From the NCBI GenBank assembly GCA_040220235.1, contig JAVJTO010000037.1: a stretch of 14,342 nucleotides of DNA. One strand, written 5' to 3'. The translations under genes were made by a program, and so were the position numbers. The notes beneath the pieces are model-generated. The model searched no databases. It was given only the letters and a program-made list of their open reading frames with translations, and was not told the origin of the DNA. Source of the stretch: Coleofasciculus sp. B1-GNL1-01 (GTDB lineage Bacteria > Cyanobacteriota > Cyanobacteriia > Cyanobacteriales > Coleofasciculaceae). Below are positions 1 to 7,315 of the stretch, one piece after another; the stretch's first letter is position 1; each line of letters opens with the position of its first letter.

Positions 1-147
1 ATAAAAAAGCCCGACGTAACGCACCAAATTTACACGGAGAGAATCAAGCCGGTGTCGGTGTTTTCCCCAAACGCGATCGCTCCTTCTTCCCTAGAGGCGA
101 TGCCCTTTCCCTCCCAGTTGACGCCAATCCCTGATCAAAAGCGCGAT

Positions 148-238
148 CGCCTAAAACACACCTCCATTTTGAGACAGGGCGGGTTTGGTTGAAATGTTAT
201 CACAAATATCAAACAAATACCTGGACTCCCACGCGATC
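148..238 (+). repeat. Direct repeat unit A, copy 1 (contains the left arm of a GGGCGGGTTT REP-like palindrome)
   Basis: CGCCTAAAACACACCTCCATTTTGAGACAGGGCGGGTTT...CAAATACCTGGACTCCCACGCGATC is nearly identical to 515-631 but lacks the 24 nt carrying the right palindrome arm. Confidence 0.9.
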
Positions 239-399
239 ACACCTCCTCTATCCCCAGTGTGCGATCGCGCTTTCCCTTTTCCCAGACACACCATCTCACC
301 AGGAATGGAAGCTGTTTGATCAAAAGGTGCGATGGAAGCATATCCAGGAACGCATATAACCGCTCCAAAAACACCGTTTGACACCGCCAATTGAATAAA

Positions 400-460
400 G
401 GGCGACCCGATCAAATTAAGCGGATACCGTTGTTAATTGATGCAAGCGGGTCGCCCCTAC
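400..460 (-). repeat. GTAG-type REP-like palindrome
   Basis: Perfect 10-bp inverted repeat GGGCGACCCG (400-409) / CGGGTCGCCC (447-456), followed by CTAC (GTAG on the minus strand). Confidence 0.8.
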
Positions 461-514
461 AGCAGCATCAAAGGTTACAGTCTCCCAGGTGCGATCGCCG
501 ATTCTTCCAAATTC

Positions 515-631
515 CGCCTAAAACACACACCTCCATTTTGAGACAGGGCGGGTTTTGTTGAAACGTGATCACAAACATCAAAATTAAACGCCTAAACCCG
601 CCCCGACAAATACCTGGACTCCCACGCGATC
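515..631 (+). repeat. Direct repeat unit A, copy 2 (complete GGGCGGGTTT...AAACCCGCCC palindrome)
   Basis: Near-identical to 148-238. Inverted arms at 546-555 and 594-603. Ends in a HIP1 site (626-633). Confidence 0.9.
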
Positions 632-726
632 GCCCTTAGCTCAATATCCCCCTGACTCGGTTTATAACCTGCATAATCATTAATAATATCTTGGGCAATT
701 CCTTGATATCGCTCTAACTTACTCAG
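626..726 (-). pseudogene. N-terminal fragment of an XisI-like protein, truncated at a HIP1 site
   Basis: Minus strand reads LSKLERYQGIAQDIINDYAGYKPSQGDIELRAIA, resembling by eye the XisI N-terminus (MDKLxxYxxIIxxILxEYAxxKPxxGxIE). CTG sits where the ATG would be, and similarity stops at GCGATCGC. Confidence 0.6.
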
Positions 727-818
727 TGAGTGCGATCGCGTTTGGGTATGGGTGAGGATTGCGATCGCGTCTGTCCTTTTCCCCAGATACACGATACTAC
801 TCGCCATTAACAACTAAA

Positions 819-892
819 TGGACACAACTGGACTCGAACCAGTGACCCCCACGATGTCAACGTGGTGCTCTAACCAACTGAGCTATGCGTCC
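819..892 (-). tRNA. trnV: tRNA-Val (anticodon GAC)
   Basis: Reverse complement GGACGCATAGCTCAGTTGGTTAGAGCACCACGTTGACATCGTGGGGGTCACTGGTTCGAGTCCAGTTGTGTCCA. Acceptor stem GGACGCA/TGTGTCC, D-arm AGCTCAGTTGGTTAGAGC, anticodon loop TTGACAT, T-loop GTTCGAG. No separate CCA after the discriminator. Confidence 0.98.
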
Positions 893-1081
893 GAACCAAA
901 CAGTACCTTACTGTAGCACGACTATTAGACAAGTGGCAAGCCAATCGGATCAAGCCAAAATAATTTTTCTCCCTTCATCCCTCTGCATCCCTGCATTCTC
1001 GCCACCTTTTTATCAGCTAATAGTTCTAACTGTCGCTGGTTTTGCTAAAATACCTAGGTTGTTCAGCTTAAACCAGCATCT

Positions 1082-1585
1082 TTGAATCAATCAGTAGAAA
1101 TCTCCGGTGTAGATACCCTAGCGCAAGAACTTGCGACAATCCAGCAAACGGGTTCTAAGCGGATTGCCCTGTTAGGATCGCGTCATGTACCCATTACCCA
1201 TCAACATCTGATCGAGATGATGAGTTATGCCTTGGTTCTGGGTGGCAATCGTTTGATGACCTCTGGCGCCACAGGTACAAACTCAGCCGCGATTCGCGGT
1301 GCAATGCGTGCTGATCCGAATTTGCTGACGGTCATTTTACCCCAAAGCTTAGAACGTCAGCCACGGGAGTCGCGAGTTCAACTCCAACAAGTCATGCACT
1401 TGGTAGAAAACCCAGAAAATGATCATCTGTCTCTGGCGGAAGCGAGTGCGTTGTGTAACTCCGAAATTATTTCCCGATGTCAACAGCTTATCTGCTTCGC
1501 CTTTCATGACAGCAGAACCTTGCTGAAAACCTGTGAGGAGGCAGAAGAACAACGCAAGGTGGTGACAATTTTCTATTTTGATTAA
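1082..1585 (+). CDS. Short DprA/Smf-like (DNA recombination-mediator protein A, SLOG fold) protein
   Basis: 167 aa, TTG start. Motifs RIALLGSR and LMTSGATGTNSAAIRGA match the Smf/DprA Rossmann fold. Too short to carry the extra domains of full-length DprA. Confidence 0.8.
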   Translation: MNQSVEISGVDTLAQELATIQQTGSKRIALLGSRHVPITHQHLIEMMSYALVLGGNRLMTSGATGTNSAAIRGAMRADPNLLTVILPQSLERQPRESRVQLQQVMHLVENPENDHLSLAEASALCNSEIISRCQQLICFAFHDSRTLLKTCEEAEEQRKVVTIFYFD

Positions 1586-1627
1586 GCCTAAGCACGTCCT
1601 GTACCCGATGCGCTAGGTCGATAGAAT

Positions 1628-2266
1628 TTATCGTCCTAAATCATGTAAAGCATGAATAGCAGCTTGACACCTCTGAGTCACGGCGGCTAAATCAGGTCGT
1701 TTAGTCGAAGCCGGGGGGTCAATAGGTTGACCAATTCGCACGGTTACGGGTACAGGACGCGGTATTGGTGATCCTTTGGGAAAAATGCGATGAGTCCCCC
1801 ATATACTCACGGGCAATAAAGGGGCGTTTCCCTTCGCTGCAATTAAGGCAGCACCGAGTTTGGGTTCCGGAATGCGACCATCTGGGGTGCGTGTTCCTTG
1901 TAAAAAGACGCCCACAGCCCACCCCTGGGATAAACACTCAATCGCCGCACGAATCGCACTCCGGTCTGCTGCACCCCGCTTCACTGGGTAAGCGCCGTAT
2001 AACTGAATAGCTTGCTTGAGTCCCGGAACCCGAAATAATTCCTCTTTTGCCATAAATGCTACTGGACGCCGCACACAATTGGACACAATCGGCGGGTCAA
2101 AGTCACTGGCGTGGTTACTGACGACAATCAGTGGACCATCCATCGGCACATGTTCAGCACCATGGATGTGACCTCGTAGGTAAACATTCAGCACTGGGCT
2201 GACTACCGACCATTTAAAGGCGTGGTAGAGGATTAGGCTAGCTAAGGGTTCGCGGTTTCTAGTCAC
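1628..2266 (-). CDS. plsC: 1-acyl-sn-glycerol-3-phosphate acyltransferase
   Basis: Catalytic NHASDFD (HxxxxD), FMAKEELF, GAYPVKRG and VFLQGTRTPDG blocks. GTG start. Confidence 0.93.
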   Translation of the reverse strand: MTRNREPLASLILYHAFKWSVVSPVLNVYLRGHIHGAEHVPMDGPLIVVSNHASDFDPPIVSNCVRRPVAFMAKEELFRVPGLKQAIQLYGAYPVKRGAADRSAIRAAIECLSQGWAVGVFLQGTRTPDGRIPEPKLGAALIAAKGNAPLLPVSIWGTHRIFPKGSPIPRPVPVTVRIGQPIDPPASTKRPDLAAVTQRCQAAIHALHDLGR

Positions 2267-2312
2267 AGAATATCCGAAGTGGGTGGGAAAATTTCAATTT
2301 AACGGTGGAGAT

Positions 2313-2340
2313 CGTCATTGGTCATTGGTCATTGGTCATT
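2313..2340 (+). repeat. STRR-type heptamer tandem repeat (GTCATTG)x4
   Basis: GTCATTG GTCATTG GTCATTG GTCATT is a rotation of the cyanobacterial STRR unit TTGGTCA. Confidence 0.85.
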
Positions 2341-2497
2341 CGTTATGATTTACAGACTATTGACAAAAGGTAATCGATTTGGGTTTATTGCCACAAATCG
2401 ACTTAGACATAATCCCCAGATTTGGGGCTGTTGTATTAGAGTATCAGTTATCAACAACCCATTTGAAGATTTTATCGGGTTTTAGGTTGTACGTTGG

Positions 2498-3814
2498 CTA
2501 TTGTGACTTCGAGATTGGGGTTGGTTGAGCCATGAGGGTACTTCGGCGATCGCGTAACGCGGCGATCGCGGCTTCCCAGGTGAAGGTGAACGACTGAAAC
2601 GACTCCGGTGTGATCTGATCATAGTCGAGGGCGTTGACGACACTCTCAAACTTACTAAACAACTGGTGTCGAATTTTTTCCAGACTGCCTAAATCTTGAC
2701 AGCATTCGATCTGTTTCATTAACATCAGAATCTCTTGATTATAGTTATCACCCTGGTTTTTCTGTTTCTTATCCAGTTGAGATTTCAACTGCCAAACCCA
2801 CGATCCAATCAGAAGTGCGATTGATAGTAACAAACCCAGCCACTCGGCATTCTCTTGCAGAAAGGAGGGCTTCTCTCGATCATAGTAAGCTTGGGCACCA
2901 GGGTGGATGGGTAAAATCGTCCCAACCAACACGCTAGGAGGACTGATGTAGGATGCTTCTGGCATCACAGCCGCTAAATCCTGACGGCGTTCGTACAAAA
3001 TGCTGGTAATCTCTTGGATAAGATTGTAATCAACCTTCTGGTGAGCTAACAGTATCCTGGGTACGGCTACGGTGGGTAGGTCAGTCGCCGGAATAGCAGG
3101 AGACCCCTGATAAGCGCCTTTAGGAATAAAGCCAGCATCCAATGTCGGCTGCTTAATTTTCATCGCTTCGGCTTGGTCAATCGGGACTAATCGCCCTCCC
3201 CGGTTTTGTACTAAATCGAGGATGGATTGATTCCCTGGCGGGCGAACGCGAAACACCGCATCGACTTGGTTATTGCGAAACGCCTCATCGGTTTCTTTTT
3301 CGGATACCGCAAAGGAAAAAAAGTCTGTTTCTTCCAAGCGATAATGTTCGGCAACAAATAAAAAGGAGAGATATTGACCGCCTCCTTTTGGTGGTAGTCC
3401 AATCCGTTTTCCCTTGAGATCTGAGACTTGCTGAATGCCAGAGTTGGCTTGAACTACCAACTGAAACATATCGGGGAATAATTTAGACACAATCCGCGCC
3501 GAGGGCAAAGCCGGGATATCAGCCTGGGCTGTCGCTAATTGCACCTTCTGGTCTTCTAAGAGTTTTATATTTTCTTCTGAACCCTTGGTTTCCAGAACTT
3601 CAATCTGAATTTTCGGGTTATATTTGGCAACCACTTGTGCCATGGCTTGACTGAAAATATAACTTTCCCCTTGTTTCGACCCAGCAGCAATGGTGAGGTG
3701 ATGCACTCGGTTACGCTTAATCACCACGTATCCGGTTAAACTCACCATTAAGCCTAAGCTGAAGAGAATTAGGAAAATTTTCCGACTTAACCGAATTGGA
3801 TAGCGATGGGACAT
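2498..3814 (-). CDS. TAXI-family TRAP solute-binding protein with N-terminal anchor, C-terminal TM helix and tail
   Basis: TAXI motifs LTIAAGSKQGESY, TKGSEENI, DLKGKRIGL and IHPGAQAYY. Hydrophobic IFLILFSLGLMVSLTGYVVI and WLGLLLSIALLIGSWVW. ATG at 3814 (MSHRY, 438 aa) is preferred over 3889, which lies within a repeat element. Confidence 0.85.
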   Translation of the reverse strand: MSHRYPIRLSRKIFLILFSLGLMVSLTGYVVIKRNRVHHLTIAAGSKQGESYIFSQAMAQVVAKYNPKIQIEVLETKGSEENIKLLEDQKVQLATAQADIPALPSARIVSKLFPDMFQLVVQANSGIQQVSDLKGKRIGLPPKGGGQYLSFLFVAEHYRLEETDFFSFAVSEKETDEAFRNNQVDAVFRVRPPGNQSILDLVQNRGGRLVPIDQAEAMKIKQPTLDAGFIPKGAYQGSPAIPATDLPTVAVPRILLAHQKVDYNLIQEITSILYERRQDLAAVMPEASYISPPSVLVGTILPIHPGAQAYYDREKPSFLQENAEWLGLLLSIALLIGSWVWQLKSQLDKKQKNQGDNYNQEILMLMKQIECCQDLGSLEKIRHQLFSKFESVVNALDYDQITPESFQSFTFTWEAAIAALRDRRSTLMAQPTPISKSQ

Positions 3815-3881
3815 AGCTAGCAGAGTCCTTCCGGTTGATTGATGTTCTGCTGACACAGTTCCCTGTCTTTGCTTGCAAAGG

Positions 3882-3976
3882 TATAGCAACTACCTTGGCA
3901 GGTTAGGACATTCTTTACGGTTCCCTGTTCCCGGTTGGGATGACCTAATGTCCTAACATATCCCCGTAGTGCGATA
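3882..3976. mobile_element. About 95-bp MITE-like element
   Basis: Imperfect outer inverted repeat TATAGCAACTAC / GTAGTGCGATA, perfect inner 11-bp inverted repeat GTTAGGACATT (3902-3912) / AATGTCCTAAC (3947-3957), and internal GTTCCCT-like heptamers. Confidence 0.6.
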
Positions 3977-4040
3977 TAACAGGGAAATGGAAAATACATA
4001 ACCTACAGTAGATTCCAGAGGTTAACGATAGGTTAATAGG

Positions 4041-4922
4041 TTAACTGGGCAAATCTGATAAGCTACCGATATTTTCTAAGCTGGCATCTCGACACATCCG
4101 TTTAATTAAACCCGTGAGAACTTTTCCTGGACCAATTTCTACCACTTTCTCAATCCCTTCCTTTGACAGGTGTAAGGAAATTTCTCGCCAGCGCACACTT
4201 CCCGTCATTTGACGTTGGAGGCGTTCCTTGAGGACAGCCGCTTCTGTGGCGGGTATGGGTTCTGCATTGGATAACACAGGAATTTTCGCGTCACTAAAGG
4301 GAACAGACTCTAACACTCCTTGAAACTCTGTCGCGGCTGATGCCATGAACGGTGAGTGAAATGCCCCAGATACATTTAACCGTACTACTCGCTTGGCTTT
4401 AACCTGACTCAATAATGCTTCTACCGCATCGGGGGTTCCAGAAATCACGACTTGTGTTGGACTATTATCATTGGCTAACACTACATCCTCATGCTGCTGG
4501 ATGAATTCGTCAAGTTGCTCTTGATTAAATCCAATTAAAGCCGCCATCATGCCACCTGAGGCACTATCCATCAGTTCAGCACGACGTTTGACCAGATTTA
4601 ATCCCGCCTCAAAGTCAAAGACACCCGCCACGTAGAGTGCGACATATTCGCCCAAACTGTGACCCGCGACGAGGTGCGGTTGATGTCCTTGTTCCTGGAT
4701 AATATCGGCTAGGATGCTTTCAATGACATAGAGACAGGGTTGAGTATAGAGAGTGCGAGACAGTTTCTCGTCGGAACTCTGGCACAGTTCTAGGATATCC
4801 CAGCCTAAGATTTCCTGGGCTTGGGCGAATTTGGCTTGAGCCAGGGGTAAATCGGCTAAGTCGGTTCCCATACCGACAGCTTGAGAACCCTGTCCTGGAA
4901 ACACCCATGCAGTTTTAGTCAT
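4041..4922 (-). CDS. fabD: Malonyl CoA-acyl carrier protein transacylase
   Basis: FPGQGSQ, TQP, catalytic GHSLGEY, SGAFHS, SVRW and EIGPGKVLTGL motifs. AAGGA RBS upstream. Confidence 0.97.
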   Translation of the reverse strand: MTKTAWVFPGQGSQAVGMGTDLADLPLAQAKFAQAQEILGWDILELCQSSDEKLSRTLYTQPCLYVIESILADIIQEQGHQPHLVAGHSLGEYVALYVAGVFDFEAGLNLVKRRAELMDSASGGMMAALIGFNQEQLDEFIQQHEDVVLANDNSPTQVVISGTPDAVEALLSQVKAKRVVRLNVSGAFHSPFMASAATEFQGVLESVPFSDAKIPVLSNAEPIPATEAAVLKERLQRQMTGSVRWREISLHLSKEGIEKVVEIGPGKVLTGLIKRMCRDASLENIGSLSDLPS

Positions 4923-5047
4923 TTTGTTATTCCTTCGTGTTGGTCAGGGTATTCATTATGTCAGGAGAAATGCACGGAATGCATATCTCATTGACCCATA
5001 ACTCAAAGTGGTTCCACTGTCAATGCTCAACGGAAATCAGTGGCAAA

Positions 5048-5077
5048 GGTGCGTTACGCTACGCTAACACACCCTAC
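5048..5077 (-). repeat. GTAG-type REP-like palindrome
   Basis: Minus strand reads GTAG GGTGTGTTA GCGTAGCG TAACGCACC. The same arm CGTAACGCACC occurs at 15-25 on the plus strand. Confidence 0.8.
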
Positions 5078-5193
5078 ACATAGAGGCTTTCCGTAAGTCC
5101 TATGAAGGACAAATAATCTGTACTCAAGTTATCTACCCCTAACCCAATTGAGCGATCGCGCTGATCGCGTGCGTTGGTAGCGTCGCTCTATAT

Positions 5194-5889
5194 CTACTCG
5201 TCCGTAAAAATTCTTAAAAATTTCTTTAGTTCTTCTAGTGCAGGGTGTTCTAAATTCCAAATATCCACTTTTTCTTTCATGATATAGTCAAAGTTTTTCA
5301 TGCTACATTTTCTTTCCGCTTGTTTTTTCTCTTTTTTTGAACAAGTATCAAATCTAATGTAGAGACTAACCCAAAACTTGTCAAACTCTTTGTCAGTGAT
5401 TGATTTACTTTCCTGACTTAAACAATCCCGCCAACTGTCTAAGCAATCAGCAAACGTAGAATTCTGAGACTTAATAGTTTTTAGGACAGTTTCTAATTCA
5501 CCTTTCCCATCTACATTGGTAAAATAGCAGGATAACTTGATTACCTCTCCAGTAGCCGTACTAATTTCTATGAATTTTCCTATTTGTGATAAATTGGCAC
5601 TATTCGTGAAAGCTTGATTAATACATTCGTTCACCCATTGAATTCGCTCATCTACAGAAAATTTATCGATATCTATGACAATACCAACCTTTTGTATATC
5701 TCTTTTCTGAATATCGGCTGCTAAAGCTTTGAGAGCATTGGTTAGTTTTGATTGACTCAATCCTTCCAGACATTCATAGTCATTGATGCAAATGGGAGGC
5801 TCTATGGAAATATCATAATTTAAGTTATCTATTAAGGCTTCTATGAACAACTTATCATTTTTGCTCTCAACGATAAGTAAGTTACTCAC
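5194..5889 (-). CDS. DUF3226-like (TOPRIM-like) protein, putative nuclease partner of the ATPase
   Basis: 231 aa. N-terminal LLIVESKND (TOPRIM-type Glu), GIVIDID (DxD) and GELETVL. GTG start overlaps the ATPase 3' end by 8 nt. Confidence 0.75.
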   Translation of the reverse strand: MSNLLIVESKNDKLFIEALIDNLNYDISIEPPICINDYECLEGLSQSKLTNALKALAADIQKRDIQKVGIVIDIDKFSVDERIQWVNECINQAFTNSANLSQIGKFIEISTATGEVIKLSCYFTNVDGKGELETVLKTIKSQNSTFADCLDSWRDCLSQESKSITDKEFDKFWVSLYIRFDTCSKKEKKQAERKCSMKNFDYIMKEKVDIWNLEHPALEELKKFLRIFTDE

Positions 5890-6964
5890 CCCTCACCCCT
5901 TTGCCATGTTCTATAGCATATTTTAGTGTTTCTAGATCACGATTAATTCCTATAATTGAATGATTGCGAGGCTTTCTGGCAATTTCAAAATAGGCACCCA
6001 TATCTGGATATTTACTGACGCCTGTCGCTGTAAAAGCTTTAATCATCTCTAAACTATGGGTTGTGGCAAAAATTTGTATGTCTAATTCAGAAGCTAATTT
6101 AAATAAGTGTTCCCAAAATTCTCCCTGTTTAGTATAGTGAATCCCATTTTCTATTTCATCAATTAACAAAAAATTATAGTCGTTATTGATGAGCTTGAGC
6201 ATGATCGCTGCTACGCGATTAATCGCATCTCCAAACAAGGAAAGTGGCAACCGTCCTTTCTGCTCCTTCCTGACTAAGTAGAGTGTTGGTTCTCCAATAG
6301 AAAAACTCTCTACTGTTTCAATCGAAGGATCTAATATTTTAAAAGCTTTGATAATTTCCTCATCTTTATCATTTAAACGAGCTTTGTCATACTCTTCAGT
6401 TAAATCTTTATTTGACAGTCTTCCAAAAGATGGAAGGATAGGCAGATTTTTATAATCGGGTATATCATGGAGCAAAATTCCATCTGAAGTTGCTATAACA
6501 GGATACTTAGATATCTCTTGATTATCTTGGATAACTCGAACTTGCAAAACTGACGACATGAGTTCATTTTTAGATATCAGAGTCATCAACTTTCTAGCTT
6601 CTTCCTCATCTTCCAAAATTTCTTTTAAAAGCGAAATAGAATGACAAACCAGTATTTCAACAATAGTGTTGATATTCTGGATACTTGTTCCAGTTATTTT
6701 TATCGTTGTTCGCTTATCTTGATTAAAGAAAAAACTATTCCAAGCTCGCTCTGGCATAGCTTTCTCGACGTCTGATGCTTCTTTCCTTATCCGCTTCAGT
6801 TCTATAATAGTTTTCGATTTAGGACAATTATTCAATAAAATTGATTCCAAAAAAGCCGTCTTGCCAGCATTGTTTTGACCTCCAATTAAATTAACCTTCT
6901 TAAATCCAGAAAATTTTGTTGCTTCAAAGCCTCTAAAATTAGTGATTTCAATGTCTTTTAACAT
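5882..6964 (-). CDS. AAA_15/AAA_21 (ABC-class, AbiEii-like) ATPase
   Basis: MLKDIEITNFRGF start, Walker A GGQNNAGKT, degenerate signature LSLFGDAINR, Walker B LLIDEIENGIH, H-loop FATTHS. ATG at 6964 (360 aa) is preferred to 7012. Confidence 0.9.
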   Translation of the reverse strand: MLKDIEITNFRGFEATKFSGFKKVNLIGGQNNAGKTAFLESILLNNCPKSKTIIELKRIRKEASDVEKAMPERAWNSFFFNQDKRTTIKITGTSIQNINTIVEILVCHSISLLKEILEDEEEARKLMTLISKNELMSSVLQVRVIQDNQEISKYPVIATSDGILLHDIPDYKNLPILPSFGRLSNKDLTEEYDKARLNDKDEEIIKAFKILDPSIETVESFSIGEPTLYLVRKEQKGRLPLSLFGDAINRVAAIMLKLINNDYNFLLIDEIENGIHYTKQGEFWEHLFKLASELDIQIFATTHSLEMIKAFTATGVSKYPDMGAYFEIARKPRNHSIIGINRDLETLKYAIEHGKGVRGE

Positions 6965-7173
6965 CAGCCAGTAATCCACCTTTGGACGTTTGGATGGTTT
7001 GGAGGAGTTCATTGGAGATGATAATCCTCATGGTTATCTTAACTCATCTGTGCTTCTAAATTTAGGATCAGCGATCGCACTGGTGGTGGATACCCATGAA
7101 ACCTGTGTCCTTTGGCGATCGCGCTATTGGTGGGTATATACACTTATATCGAATGGTACGCTCCTCGTATTCT

Positions 7174-7194
7174 GGTGGGCAATGCCCACCCTAC
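7174..7194 (-). repeat. GTAG-type REP-like palindrome
   Basis: GGTGGGCA-A-TGCCCACC followed by CTAC. Near-identical copy at 13886-13907. Confidence 0.85.
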
Positions 7195-7315
7195 GGTATA
7201 TCAAGGGTTTCGGTGATAAATGCACGCTTTTCAGTGCGATTAAACCTATATCGTTTGGCGCTATTGGTGGATGGGTAGATCACCATCTGAGGACGCCCAC
7301 CGAATCCGCTTCATC

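Noticed and set aside
151..414. 87-aa ORF sharing IAWESRYL with ORF 592-813
   Set aside because: The shared peptide comes from the DNA repeat. The ORF crosses HIP1 and REP pieces and has no recognisable family.
73..795. CRISPR array
   Set aside because: No constant 25-40 bp repeat with regular spacers and no cas genes. Spacing between HIP1 sites is irregular.
592..813. 73-aa ORF as an intact gene
   Set aside because: It is a chimera of repeat units around the XisI-like fragment.
1..892. Integrative element at the tRNA-Val 3' end
   Set aside because: No duplicated tRNA 3' end (only 8-9 nt chance matches) and no integrase in the window. Cannot be excluded beyond the left edge.
885..1085. 66-aa ORF
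   Set aside because: Starts inside the tRNA and spans a divergent promoter region. No motifs.
1349..4908. Small nested ORFs (1349-1552, 1719-1937, 1765-2010, 3211-3402, 3817-3999, 4720-4908)
   Set aside because: Alternative-frame or antisense shadows of well-supported genes, or running through a repeat element.
5138..5160. fabH 3' remnant upstream of fabD (AIAQLG-stop)
   Set aside because: The resemblance to the FabH C-terminus is too short and mostly due to the HIP1 sequence.
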